DNA of 64,000 bases from an uncultured Christensenella sp. (GCA_910584155.1 CAJTYG010000006.1:67844-131843), one strand, 5' to 3'; shown: positions 37,381 through 47,223, counted from the first letter of the stretch. Made by a program: numbers and translations. The notes: generated by a model not told the origin, from the letters alone.

Positions 37381-39354
37381 TTATGATTGTTTAGTCACCT
37401 TAAAGCCGTCCGTCTTGTTGAAGTCGGCATACTGATAGATATATTCCTTTCTCGGGGTGCTGTCGTCACCCATAAGTATGGATATTCGCTCGTCCGCAAT
37501 CTTTGCGTCCTCTATCTTCACACGTGTCAGAGTGCGCTTTGCGGGATCCATAGTGGTATCCCAAAGCTGCTCGGGGTTCATCTCGCCCAAGCCCTTAAAG
37601 CGTTGCAATATTGCGTTTTTGCCCATCTTTTTCTGTCCCTCGGCGAGTGCGTTATCATCGTAGCAATACAGCGTTTCATTGTTTTTTTGCAAACGGTAAA
37701 GCGGAGGCATCCCGATATAGATATGCCCTTCCTCGATGAGCTGCCGCATATATCTGAAGAAAAACGTAAGCAATATCGCTCTTATATGCGCTCCGTCGTC
37801 GTCGGCGTCGGCAAGTATGATTATCTTGTCATAGCGCAGCGACGTAATATCGAAGTTTTGTCCGATGCCCGTGCCAAGCGCATTTATAAGCGTAGCGAGC
37901 TCTGCATTTTCAAGCACCTCTTTAAGTCCCTTTTTCTTTTCGACGTTGAGCGGCTTGCCCTTTAGCGGAAGTATCGCTTGAAAAAACCTGTCTCTCGCCT
38001 GCTTCGCACTGCCGCCTGCGCTGTCGCCCTCAACGATAAACAGCTCGTTTACGGCATAGTTTTTGCCCGAACAGCTCGCAAGCTTTCCTACAAGATTGAG
38101 CCCGTTGGTCACCTTGTTTTGCTGACGGCTGAGCGACTTTGCCTGCTTTACGGCGTCACGTGTCTTCATTGCGCCGAGCGCTTTTGCTATTATCTTTTCC
38201 GCAACGGCTTTGAAGCCCCTTTGCAGCAATAGCTCGCTAAGCTTTTCGGTCAGCAGACTTTCCACCTTTGTGCGGGCTTCCTGATTGCCAAGCTTCGTCT
38301 TTGTCTGACCTTCAAACTGTACGTTTTGCATTTTGACGATAAGCACGCAGGTCAAGCCCTCTCTGAAGTCGTCGCCGATGAGCGATGCGTCCTTGCCCTT
38401 TATCTGCTTTGAGGTGTTGCGCCCGTAGTCGTTAAACACCTTTGTTATCGCCGAGCGCAAGCCCACAACGTGAGTGCCGCCCTCGGGCGTGGGAATATTG
38501 TTGACGTATGCGTGCAAATCCTCGGTATACGTGTCGGTGTGCTGCATTGCGACAGCGACCTCAAAATTTTCGTCCTTAGCCTCAACGTATATGGGCTTGT
38601 CATAAAGCACGTTGCGTTTTCTGTTGAGAAACTGCACATAGTCCGCTATGCCGCCCTTATAACAAAACACGTCGTGCCTGTCCGTGCCGCCGTCAAGCGG
38701 AAGACGGTTGTCGTCAAGTATAATAGTCACGCCCTTGTTGAGATACGCCGATTCCCTCACACGCTCGGCTATCTCGTCGTACTTAAACTTTTCCTTGCCG
38801 AAAACACGCTCGTCGGGCTTAAACGTGACCGTCGTGCCCGTGCCCTTTGTCTTGCCTATCACGGTAAGCGGGGTTTTTGTAATGCCGCTCTTCACCTTGT
38901 TACCTATTTGCGGCGAGTGAAATTCCACCTTATAGAGGTTGCCGTCACGCTTGACCTCAACGGTGAGCCATTCAGACAAAGCGTTTGTGACAGATGCGCC
39001 CACGCCGTGCAGACCGCCCGAATAAGCGTACTGCCCGTTGTCGAACTTTGCGCCTGCGTGCAGCTGAGTGTATACGACTTCTACGCCGCTTATTTTAAGC
39101 TTCGGGTGCTTGTCGACAGGCACGCCACGTCCGTTGTCGCTCACCCTTGCGACGTTGTCGTCAAGCAGCTCAATTTTGACAGTATTGCCATAGCCGTTTG
39201 CGACCTCGTCAATGCTGTTGTCGATGATTTCCCAAAGGATATGGTGCATGCCCTGACTGCCCGTTGTGCCGATATACATACCGGGGCGCTTGCGGACGGC
39301 GTCCAAGCCTTCGAGAACGTGTATGTCTCCTGCATTGTAGTTTTTGTTTGCCAT
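37381..39354 (-). CDS. parE: Type IIA topoisomerase subunit B, ParE-like
   Basis: GHKL ATPase N-terminus (LEGLDAVRKRPGMYIG) and TOPRIM EGDSAGGSAKQARDR with PLKGKPLNVEK. 657 aa. Confidence 0.7.
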   Translation of the reverse strand: MANKNYNAGDIHVLEGLDAVRKRPGMYIGTTGSQGMHHILWEIIDNSIDEVANGYGNTVKIELLDDNVARVSDNGRGVPVDKHPKLKISGVEVVYTQLHAGAKFDNGQYAYSGGLHGVGASVTNALSEWLTVEVKRDGNLYKVEFHSPQIGNKVKSGITKTPLTVIGKTKGTGTTVTFKPDERVFGKEKFKYDEIAERVRESAYLNKGVTIILDDNRLPLDGGTDRHDVFCYKGGIADYVQFLNRKRNVLYDKPIYVEAKDENFEVAVAMQHTDTYTEDLHAYVNNIPTPEGGTHVVGLRSAITKVFNDYGRNTSKQIKGKDASLIGDDFREGLTCVLIVKMQNVQFEGQTKTKLGNQEARTKVESLLTEKLSELLLQRGFKAVAEKIIAKALGAMKTRDAVKQAKSLSRQQNKVTNGLNLVGKLASCSGKNYAVNELFIVEGDSAGGSAKQARDRFFQAILPLKGKPLNVEKKKGLKEVLENAELATLINALGTGIGQNFDITSLRYDKIIILADADDDGAHIRAILLTFFFRYMRQLIEEGHIYIGMPPLYRLQKNNETLYCYDDNALAEGQKKMGKNAILQRFKGLGEMNPEQLWDTTMDPAKRTLTRVKIEDAKIADERISILMGDDSTPRKEYIYQYADFNKTDGFKVTKQS

Positions 39355-39563
39355 TTCTTCCTTAAAGCGTAATTGCGCTTATACTTATAATAATATAACT
39401 ATTTTAACATATATAAAAAAACATATCAACCAAAATAAAGACACACTGCGGCGATTGCAAAATATTTTTTGTGTACTCAAATGCAGCATATAAGTTTACA
39501 ATGAATTAACAACCAATGTTAATGCAGTGCATTGTCCTCACATAGAATAAACTCACCGAAATA

Positions 39564-39590
39564 ACAAAAACCCGCATTCTAATGCGGGCT
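39564..39590 (-). terminator. Rho-independent terminator after the hydrolase gene
   Basis: The reverse strand reads AAAGCCCGCATtagaATGCGGGTTTTTGTT. Confidence 0.6.
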
Positions 39591-39615
39591 TTAAATCAAA
39601 TTAGTTTTAGTTTTA

Positions 39616-40533
39616 TCACTTTATCATTTCCTCTATCTTTGCGAGCATATCCGCATAGACTTCCTGATTGTTGATTTCGTTCAAAATCTCGTGACGGGCT
39701 TCGGGATAAAGCTTTATGGAAACATTTTTGACGCCGAGCTTTTTATATTGCTCATACAGCTTTTGGACAAGCTTGCCGTTGCCGCCTACGGGGTCGTTGC
39801 TGCCCGAGAAAATTGCAATGGGCTTGTTTTTGTCTATCTTTGCAAGATTTTGCTTTTTGTAGGACGATTTAAGCCCTGCAAAGAACCACTTGAAAAACGC
39901 CGTTGACATCACCTGTCCGCACTGCTCGTCAAGGCAGTATTTTTTGACCTGCTCTCTATCTCTTGACAGCCAAGCGAACATTCCCTCTTTTTTGAAGGGC
40001 TTATTGTATGAGCCAAACGAAAGATTGTTTGCAAGGTTCCCCACCTTTTCGCCGCCGCAAAGCGCATATTGAGTGCCGATGATTGCATTGCCCAAATTGA
40101 GCAAAGCGCCCTTCATCATTGCCGAGCCGCTTAGGATAACGCCGTCGTGCTCTTTACATTCCTCAATATATCTCTGTCCCACCATACTGCCGTAGCTGTG
40201 CCCGAGATAGATGACGGGCAAACCGAATTTTTGCTTGAGATACGACGTTATAGCCATTTCGTCACGCACGGTGTCCATATAGATGTTGCCCTTGTGATAG
40301 CCCTGTATGCCCTTTGCAGACTGCTTTGTGCTTGTCATTCCGTGTGCACGGTGGTCGTCAGCAAAGACGATAAAGCCGTTTTTATTGAGAAAATTTGCAA
40401 AATCGTCATAGCGTCTTGCGTGCTCCGCCATGCCGTGCGAAATCTGCACGACAGCTTTGGGATTTCTCACATCATCCCACAGATAACACTGAATAACAGT
40501 ACCGTCAAAACTTGTAAACTTCTCGTTTTTCAT
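39616..40533 (-). CDS. Alpha/beta hydrolase (lysophospholipase / monoacylglycerol-lipase-like)
   Basis: GHSYGS nucleophile elbow (G-x-S-x-G), HGMAEH oxyanion region and C-terminal ARHEILNE. 305 aa. Confidence 0.75.
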   Translation of the reverse strand: MKNEKFTSFDGTVIQCYLWDDVRNPKAVVQISHGMAEHARRYDDFANFLNKNGFIVFADDHRAHGMTSTKQSAKGIQGYHKGNIYMDTVRDEMAITSYLKQKFGLPVIYLGHSYGSMVGQRYIEECKEHDGVILSGSAMMKGALLNLGNAIIGTQYALCGGEKVGNLANNLSFGSYNKPFKKEGMFAWLSRDREQVKKYCLDEQCGQVMSTAFFKWFFAGLKSSYKKQNLAKIDKNKPIAIFSGSNDPVGGNGKLVQKLYEQYKKLGVKNVSIKLYPEARHEILNEINNQEVYADMLAKIEEMIK

Positions 40534-40810
40534 AATACCCCCAACAATTTGTATGCGTGCATACTTTCAATACTGATATTATATTATCACAGCTATTTTA
40601 ATATTTCAATATACAAAATAACACAAATGTCGATTATCTTAAAAAATTTTTGTCAGCAAAATACAGCCTTTTTTCGCAGAATTTTGACAAAACACGCATT
40701 TTAAATGTACATAAATATACAATAAAATGCTTTTTATGACTGTTTGCTTTCAGCAAACTTTTTTACACTCTGCGCATACTATGATAAACAAACAATTCGG
40801 AGAGTAAATT

Positions 40811-41977
40811 ATGGCACAAAAATCAGACATTATCGTTTTTACAGGCGGTGGCACGGGCGGTCACATTTATCCAAATCTTGCGCTCATTCCCGAGTTTGAA
40901 AGAAGGGGCTTCAAAGCGGTTTATATCGGCGGCGACGGCAAGCCTATGGAACGCACTCTCGCAAAGAGCGCAAACGTAAAATACTACGGCTTGCCCGTAA
41001 TAAAGCTTGTGCGCTCGATGTCGCCAAAGGCATTTATAAACAACGTCAAAATTCCACTGACGCTTACAAAATCAGTTTCGGAGGCTCGCAGGCTGCTTGA
41101 AAAAATAAGTCCCGTTGCGGTGTTTTCAAAGGGCGGCTTTGTATCCTTGCCCGTTGTGATGGCGGCAAAAAAGCTTGACATTCCCGTATTTGCGCACGAA
41201 TCGGATTTGACGTTGGGGCTTGCAAATAAAATAGCAAAGGCATATGGCGCCACCCTGCTCAAGGCAAATCCGCATGCCGAATTCGACGCCGTGACGGTGG
41301 GAATGCCCTTGAGAGACAGTCTTTTCGGAGTAAAAAAGACGGAGGCAAAACAACGTCTCAACATATCCACGTCAAAAAAGATACTGCTTGTTTTGGGCGG
41401 CTCGTCGGGCGCAAAATTTTTAAACGAGCAAGTGGAAAAGCACCTTTCCGAGCTGACGTCCAAATATTTTGTTTTGCACGTATCCGGCAAAGGCATTGCC
41501 CCGTCCGCTGCTACGACGGCAAAAAAAGAGGAATTAAACAACGGCGCCGTGACCGTATCCCACAACAGCACCTCGCTCGCCATACAAAAAAACTATATAC
41601 GATTTGAATATGCCGAAAATATCGCCGACTTCTATGCCGTAAGCGACGTCGTAATCTCACGTGCGGGCGCAACCGCAGTTTATGAAATATCCGCACTTAA
41701 AAAGAGGGCTATATTCGTACCGCTGCCAAAGGGCATATCGAGAGGCGATCAGATATTCAACGCCGAGCTTGCCGAAGAATTCGGCGCAATTACTTTATGC
41801 CAAAATGAAAGCTTTTCCGACAGGCTGCTGCCTACGATAGAAAAAGCCTTGCAAAATCCGCCTATGCGAGCGGTCACAGCCGACGCAAACGGAAAAATTG
41901 CGGATATTATATGTGATAGCATAAGGCGAGGTGAAAAATGCAAAGACAAAAAACCATCGCCAAATGGCTCGCAATAA
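40811..41977 (+). CDS. murG: Lipid II synthase MurG (UDP-GlcNAc transferase)
   Basis: FTGGGTGGHIYPNLAL G-loop, and C-terminal SRAGATAVYEISALKKRAIFVPLP ... DQIFNAE. Contains an unusual insert around SAATTAKKEELNNGAVTVSHNSTSLAIQ. Confidence 0.85.
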   Translation: MAQKSDIIVFTGGGTGGHIYPNLALIPEFERRGFKAVYIGGDGKPMERTLAKSANVKYYGLPVIKLVRSMSPKAFINNVKIPLTLTKSVSEARRLLEKISPVAVFSKGGFVSLPVVMAAKKLDIPVFAHESDLTLGLANKIAKAYGATLLKANPHAEFDAVTVGMPLRDSLFGVKKTEAKQRLNISTSKKILLVLGGSSGAKFLNEQVEKHLSELTSKYFVLHVSGKGIAPSAATTAKKEELNNGAVTVSHNSTSLAIQKNYIRFEYAENIADFYAVSDVVISRAGATAVYEISALKKRAIFVPLPKGISRGDQIFNAELAEEFGAITLCQNESFSDRLLPTIEKALQNPPMRAVTADANGKIADIICDSIRRGEKCKDKKPSPNGSQ

Positions 41978-43296
41978 TTTTGCTGCTTACGGCAATAGTT
42001 GCCTGCTATGTAGCATTCAGCGCAATTTTAAACGATAAAACGCCCGTCGACCCCGACATCGCAGGTGCGGACAGCGACAACAAGGGCGACAACGTAAATA
42101 AGCCGTCCGACAGTGACGACCAAAAGCCTGCCCCGACTTATTCCGTCTTTCCGAGAGCGCACGAAACCGTGGACGGGCTCACCGTCCGCCATGTCGGCGG
42201 CGAGGCAAACGACGTGTTTTTGGACAGCCTGTATTTTGCGGGAAGCCGCTACGTCATATTTTATAGCGCATCTACGCAATATGACGTAAAGGACTGCGGC
42301 ATACATATCGCCAACTTTTCAAGCGACAGCCTGCTGTCCGTCACGCAGATATCGCTTGCGGACGAAAGCTTCATATGCGCAAGCGTCGTCCAAAACGGCA
42401 TACTTATCATCACAAAAAATGCCGCTCAGACAAAGCTGCGCCTTTATGACTCAGCCTGCCGCCTTACTGCCGAAAACTCGTGCAAGGCATATACTTCATA
42501 TAAGCTTTACGTCACAAGCTCGAGCATACGCCTGTTTGCGGCGGATATATATATAAATGCGCTCACCGTAACAAACACTCTTGACGTCATACGCAGCAAT
42601 TTTGTATATCCGCTGAACGGCTGCAATATAGTTTATGCCGCTTCCACCACAACAGCAGACACAGTTTTTGTACAACTGCCGCAAGGCATAGGTGCGCTTA
42701 CATTCAACGCAAATATCGGTTTTAAATATCATTTTGAAATGTTAAACTGCCGTTTATTGCAGGTACTGCCTATAGCCGTAAACGGTAAGCCGTCCTTTGC
42801 ACTGCTTGCCAAATGCGATGACGGCGTTAAAATAGCAAGCGTTGACGACAGCATGAATATCACTGCGGATTATCTGTTTAAGGACGCAAAAGCCGCCTGC
42901 GCAACTTTGGGCGAAAACAACAATATATATGTCATAGCCGACGGTGTGCAAGCCGTATTCTGCTCTCATCTCGAGCTTCAGTCCTCACAGGCGTTGCAGC
43001 TTGACGATACTCTTGAGACGCTCAAACAAGCTGCGCAAGATGATTTGACTTACACCGCCGTCGATGGTGAAAGAGGCTTGCTGATAGTTTCCTCTGGCTT
43101 GTCGCACTGCGTTGCAAGTCTTGCAGGCTCAAACGCTTCTACCCTGATAAGCTTAAGCGGCAAAAACATAAAGACCGCAAGAGAACGTGTTGTAAACGGC
43201 GTGTCAAAGCTGTCTGTTATATTTGAAGGCTCGTCCCAAAACAGCTTCGGATATATGTGCTTCGGCGCAAACGACGTGTTTTATGTCACACTGTAA
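41938..43296 (+). CDS. Membrane-anchored extracytoplasmic protein, unknown function
   Basis: GAGGTG precedes the ATG and the start overlaps the murG 3' end by 40 nt. N-terminal TM helix WLAIILLLTAIVACYVAF, an acidic linker, then a beta-rich region of about 380 aa. No FtsQ/POTRA motif seen. Confidence 0.5.
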   Translation: MQRQKTIAKWLAIILLLTAIVACYVAFSAILNDKTPVDPDIAGADSDNKGDNVNKPSDSDDQKPAPTYSVFPRAHETVDGLTVRHVGGEANDVFLDSLYFAGSRYVIFYSASTQYDVKDCGIHIANFSSDSLLSVTQISLADESFICASVVQNGILIITKNAAQTKLRLYDSACRLTAENSCKAYTSYKLYVTSSSIRLFAADIYINALTVTNTLDVIRSNFVYPLNGCNIVYAASTTTADTVFVQLPQGIGALTFNANIGFKYHFEMLNCRLLQVLPIAVNGKPSFALLAKCDDGVKIASVDDSMNITADYLFKDAKAACATLGENNNIYVIADGVQAVFCSHLELQSSQALQLDDTLETLKQAAQDDLTYTAVDGERGLLIVSSGLSHCVASLAGSNASTLISLSGKNIKTARERVVNGVSKLSVIFEGSSQNSFGYMCFGANDVFYVTL

Positions 43297-43365
43297 AGCA
43301 AAAGCTTATTGACATAAAGCGGATAATGGGCTAAACTTATGGCATAAAATACATAGGAGCTATAT

Positions 43366-43749
43366 ATGCCTAAAAGTCAGCCTCAGCCATATTCCAATAT
43401 GCCTGCAAGACTCGGAGTTTTGATAACAGGCTCCGTGCTGTCGCTTGCGAGCGCAGTGGTTGTGATTGTGGCGTGCCTTTATCTGTTTGTGCCGTCGATA
43501 AACATTACGGCAAGCGTTTCGCCATCCGTAATACTCAAGTGGCTTCTTATCGCCGCCCTCATAGGTAGCTTTATCGGCACGGTATTTACTGTTGCAGGCG
43601 CAAACACATCAAAACCGCTTGCGAGGCTTTCTATGTTTTTGTCTACAATGGCATTTATCATAGGCGCCGCCGTGCTCGTGATAATTTTGCTGTTTAGGAC
43701 TATACTTCCGCTCGATGCAATACAACGTCTTGACAGTCTGATATTTTAG
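43366..43749 (+). CDS. Small integral membrane protein (3-4 TM), unknown function
   Basis: 127 aa with strongly hydrophobic segments. AGGAG precedes the ATG. Confidence 0.5.
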   Translation: MPKSQPQPYSNMPARLGVLITGSVLSLASAVVVIVACLYLFVPSINITASVSPSVILKWLLIAALIGSFIGTVFTVAGANTSKPLARLSMFLSTMAFIIGAAVLVIILLFRTILPLDAIQRLDSLIF

Positions 43750-43766
43750 TGAATTTTGCAATATAG

Positions 43767-43797
43767 AAAGCGCCACCATACAGGTGGCGCTTTGATT
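43767..43797. terminator. Bidirectional terminator
   Basis: AAAGCGCCACCatacaGGTGGCGCTTTGATTTT lies between convergent genes. Confidence 0.65.
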
Positions 43798-43805
43798 TTA
43801 CATTT

Positions 43806-44666
43806 TTATTTAGTTGTAAATATAATGCCTATCGTACCCGGCCCTGCGTGTACGCCTATGACAGGTCCTATAGGCTGACGCCATATCTTTGCGTCGGGCG
43901 CTATTTCGAGCAAGCGCTTTTCTATATCGTCGGCAGCAGCGCTATTGTCGGCGTCAACGATTGTGACTGCCGCCCCGTCTATCTGCTTGTATTTGTTTTT
44001 AAATTCCTCTACGATATAATTATACGCCTTTTTAAGCCCGTTTTGCTTGGAGCCGACGCCCAGCGTTCCATCCGATTGCACCGTAAGCACAGGCTTTATG
44101 TTCATCAGATTGCCTATCTTTGCTTTTGCGGGCGAAATTCTGCCGCCACGTGCAAGGTACTTCATATCCTCGACCACGAAGTATACAGCCACTTTATCCC
44201 TTATACTTTCAAGATACGCATATGTAGCATCGACATCCTCGCCGTGTTCACGGAAATACTTTGCGCCGAGATACACTAAAATGCCTGCGCCGACGCAGAT
44301 GTTAAGCGTATCGAATCTGCGGAATTTTACACCCGAAAACTCTGCATTGAGTCTTGCAAGCGCAAGGTCCAGCGACTGGAATGTGCCCGAAAGCTTTGAC
44401 GAAAACGCAATGTATAAGATGTCCTCGCCTTTTTCAAAATAAGGCTTGAAGATGTCATAATACATTTCCTCATTGAGAGCGGATGTAACCGCCTTTGCGC
44501 CGCCTCTCATACGGTCAAAAAACGCCTTTGCGTCAAACGTCTGTCCGAGATCCGCAAACTCCTCCACGCCGTCGACGGTGTAAGGCATACGTATCACGTT
44601 TATGCCATATTCCTCGGCATGAGTATACCAAAGCTCGCTATCTGTATCACAAAAAATTGTTGCCAT
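43806..44666 (-). CDS. DegV-family fatty-acid-binding protein
   Basis: MATIFCDTDSELW start (ATG 44666 after GGAGG), then SSKLSGTFQS and ARGGRIS DegV motifs. Confidence 0.85.
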   Translation of the reverse strand: MATIFCDTDSELWYTHAEEYGINVIRMPYTVDGVEEFADLGQTFDAKAFFDRMRGGAKAVTSALNEEMYYDIFKPYFEKGEDILYIAFSSKLSGTFQSLDLALARLNAEFSGVKFRRFDTLNICVGAGILVYLGAKYFREHGEDVDATYAYLESIRDKVAVYFVVEDMKYLARGGRISPAKAKIGNLMNIKPVLTVQSDGTLGVGSKQNGLKKAYNYIVEEFKNKYKQIDGAAVTIVDADNSAAADDIEKRLLEIAPDAKIWRQPIGPVIGVHAGPGTIGIIFTTK

Positions 44667-44703
44667 GTTTTTCCTCCATATAACAATAATTTTTAATAAA
44701 ACA

Positions 44704-44732
44704 AGTTTAATATATGTATCGCAGTTTGTCAA
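44704..44732 (-). promoter_or_regulatory. Predicted sigma-A promoter of the degV-family gene (TTGACA-17 bp-TAAACT)
   Basis: The reverse strand reads TTGACAaactgcgatacatatatTAAACT. The -35 is at 44732..44727 and the -10 at 44709..44704. Confidence 0.45.
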
Positions 44733-44842
44733 CAAACGCACCGCTCTTGACGGCTTTTAAGCAAATCTTTTACAACTGTTAAAAATCGATTTTTGTAAGT
44801 ATATGCGCTTAATTTATCAAATAAAACTTTTTCGGATATAAG

Positions 44843-44868
44843 AAAGGCACTCCGTCGGAGTGCCTTTT
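44843..44868. terminator. Terminator hairpin downstream of the protease gene
   Basis: AAAGGCACTCCgtcGGAGTGCCTTTT. A second 9-bp inverted repeat (GAAACGGTC...GACCGTTTC) lies just beyond it. Confidence 0.6.
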
Positions 44869-44937
44869 GAAACGGTCATGGTGGGGAGGATAAAATAAGA
44901 CCGTTTCATATATTTACCGCATTGCGAGTAAATATCG

Positions 44938-46101
44938 TCAGTTTGCCACGTACACACAGTTGATTTCAATATCCTTGTGCAGTGTATTGTTTGCCGCCTT
45001 TTGCGCCCATATAATGAAGTCATGCAAGGTGCGGGCTGACAGCGCAAAGCCCATGTTATCGATATCGTCGCTTACGAGCTTGCTTTCCACAACTCCAAGC
45101 ACTACGCCACGTCTGTCTATCATAGGTCCGCCCGAGTTTCCGCCGTTGACAGCGGCGTCCGTCATAATAAACGTGCCGGGGCCCCAGCTTGCTATTGATA
45201 TGCCCGTCTGCGAGATAGTGCCCGACGTGATGCTGTTTGAGTCGCCTATACCCTCGGGATTGCCTATGAGCGCAACGGGAGTGCCTCTTGTTGTGCCCGT
45301 ATCGGAAGTCGCAAGCTTAAGAGACTTGTGCCCCTCGCCGTCGGCATAATTGGCAGGTTGAGTGCCTATTATGCGCAGTATGGCAAGGTCCGCCTGATCG
45401 TTTTCGGCATTGAGCCCTTTTTCATTGTCATTGTACGCACCGTAGGCTACGATTTCCGTCGTGTAAGCGGTGCTGTTATTTTCAAACTTTGCAATTATCT
45501 TGCCGTAGCTTGCCCACTCATACCGATATGTCGTGCCGCCCCACCAGCCGCCGATAGAACCTACGGCGACAGATTTTGCGTAGCGTACGCAGTGAGCATT
45601 TGTCACGATATACCTTTGCAGAGTGCCGTCGTCGTTTGTGTCACTTATCAAAAAGCCCGTCGCCACGCCTGCGAGATTGCCTGTGTTGATACTTGCGTTT
45701 TCAGACTCAAACATATAAAGTCTTGCGACCGACGATGCGTAGTTATCGGCGATTTCGCCTATAGTCGTATCGAGTGCGTCAATGACCTTGTTTGTTGCAG
45801 AGTCCGTCACGTCCTTTATTACGTCCGTGCCTGCGAGAGCGTCGTTGACCGCTTGCTCGTAAATCTCTCGCATCTTTGCTTCCATCGTCTGTGCGTATTC
45901 CGCAGCGATGGACGTCTTGAGGGTGGATAACACGATGACGTTTACAACGACGAGCACGCACATCAACACCGCCAATATTATGCACAGAATAACGGTCAAA
46001 TTCTTTTTGTTTTTGTGCTTTGGCTCCGGCGTATGATAGATAGGTGTCTTCTCAGGCTCGGGCGAACGCTGGTCGTCAAAAAAGTTATCGAAATCGTCCA
46101 T
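44938..46101 (-). CDS. Membrane-anchored trypsin-like (S1) serine protease without a PDZ domain
   Basis: Catalytic triad contexts TNAHCV, DLAILRI and GNSGGPM. One N-terminal TM helix (LTVILCIILAVLMCVLVVVNVIVL). Confidence 0.8.
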   Translation of the reverse strand: MDDFDNFFDDQRSPEPEKTPIYHTPEPKHKNKKNLTVILCIILAVLMCVLVVVNVIVLSTLKTSIAAEYAQTMEAKMREIYEQAVNDALAGTDVIKDVTDSATNKVIDALDTTIGEIADNYASSVARLYMFESENASINTGNLAGVATGFLISDTNDDGTLQRYIVTNAHCVRYAKSVAVGSIGGWWGGTTYRYEWASYGKIIAKFENNSTAYTTEIVAYGAYNDNEKGLNAENDQADLAILRIIGTQPANYADGEGHKSLKLATSDTGTTRGTPVALIGNPEGIGDSNSITSGTISQTGISIASWGPGTFIMTDAAVNGGNSGGPMIDRRGVVLGVVESKLVSDDIDNMGFALSARTLHDFIIWAQKAANNTLHKDIEINCVYVAN

Positions 46102-46260
46102 ACAGCTCCTCGTTTATTTTATATTTGTATATTATAGCCCGACAATTAAAATAGTATTAAATACTTTTAAAAATTTTACAAATTCTTCTGTTTTTTGCAA
46201 AATTCCGAATATCGGGCTCACGGGGAGCGATTTTCATATTTTTCGACGTATTTTCACCTC

Positions 46261-46692
46261 TCAATACTGCCTTGCGATAGCAACGAGTCTGAAATGTCCG
46301 ACCATAACGACCTCTTCAAACCGATAGGTTATCCAATGCGCAGTTTCGTCGCCGTTTTGCTTGACATAGCTTTTACATTCACCCTCTATCCAATCCGCAG
46401 ACCTCACGTCCTGAGCAAAGTAAACGTATAAATGCTGTTCCTCTTCATTCTCGCCCTCGGTCACGACCATAGTTGCGTGCAGAATATTGCCTATGCGATA
46501 TCCCGACTGTCCGTTTAAGGTCATAGGCGCAGTGCGCTCGTATGCAACAGACGCCCCAGCTCCTTCGAGCCTTTCCACGACATTCTTTTCACGCATACCT
46601 ATTTTCAGGCACGCCGTAAGTGTGACGGCAAGTACCGCCACCAACACAAGAGTGAAAATGCAAAGTGTCAAGCGTTTTCCTTTCATACGCAT
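46261..46692 (-). CDS. Small lipoprotein, unknown function
   Basis: MRMKGKRLTLCIFTLVLVAVLAVTLTAC contains a lipobox. Start is uncertain (46692 or 46686). Confidence 0.5.
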   Translation of the reverse strand: MRMKGKRLTLCIFTLVLVAVLAVTLTACLKIGMREKNVVERLEGAGASVAYERTAPMTLNGQSGYRIGNILHATMVVTEGENEEEQHLYVYFAQDVRSADWIEGECKSYVKQNGDETAHWITYRFEEVVMVGHFRLVAIARQY

Positions 46693-46871
46693 ATGATAGC
46701 ATTTATCCGCCGAAAAGTAAATAACAACTTTAAAACTGATATCCTGAAAAATCATAAATTTTTTATATTGCTTATATATTTTAAATTATATTTATTAGAT
46801 AAATAATAAACCATAATTTGGCATACATATCGCAAGCCTGCCTACACACAATAATAACAGGAGGCAAGCAT

Positions 46872-47006
46872 ATGAAAAATTCACTTTTAATCGGCGCAAT
46901 GCTTGGAATAGTCACTGCTACTGCTCTTTATTGCGGTACGTCAAACCATTCAATCAAAAAAGCAAAGCGTTCTCTCGTGAACAAGATAGAAGATGTATTG
47001 ATGTAA
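46872..47006 (+). CDS. Small membrane protein (44 aa), unknown function
   Basis: AGGAGG is followed by ATG 46872. Sequence: MKNSLLIGAMLGIVTATALYCGTSNHSIKKAKRSLVNKIEDVLM, one TM helix and a basic tail. Confidence 0.45.
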   Translation: MKNSLLIGAMLGIVTATALYCGTSNHSIKKAKRSLVNKIEDVLM

Positions 47007-47031
47007 TCACTTCTTAATTGACCCTCTAAAA

Positions 47032-47079
47032 ACACTGATCGTGTATCAATCTGGTTTGATTTTGATACACGATCAGTGT
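47032..47079. repeat. Perfect 18-bp inverted repeat built from two inverted copies of the ACAC-N5-GTGT motif
   Basis: ACACTGATCGTGTATCAA (47032..47049), a 12-nt loop, then TTGATACACGATCAGTGT (47062..47079). A further motif copy, ACACTTATCGTGT, lies at 47173..47185. Confidence 0.85.
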
Positions 47080-47196
47080 ACATATATGGGATTTTACATA
47101 GTTGAAATTTTAAAAAATCTAATAAATACCTTATTAAATATTTAACAGTTAAATTAAACTAATCGCCATAAAACACTTATCGTGTTTTATTAAAAT

Positions 47197-47223
47197 ATAA
47201 AAAATCCGCCGAAATCGGCGGAT
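47197..47223 (-). terminator. Rho-independent terminator of the nifS-iscU operon
   Basis: The reverse strand reads ATCCGCCGatttCGGCGGATTTTTTATATTTT. Confidence 0.7.

Noticed and set aside
34906-39354. Calling the type IIA topoisomerase pair gyrB-gyrA
   Set aside because: The A subunit has KPVQRR and lacks a GyrA-box (QRRGGKG-like) at the start of the C-terminal domain. No dnaA/dnaN/recF context is present. Topoisomerase IV (parE-parC) is the better reading, though only phylogeny can settle it.
40684-40764. A weak promoter-like TTGACA followed by the hairpin GTTTGCtttcaGCAAAC plus a T-run upstream of murG (possible sRNA or attenuator)
   Set aside because: The -10 element is poor (GTACAT/TACATA), the stem is only 6 bp, and I see no alternative pairing. 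The evidence is insufficient to call a regulatory RNA.
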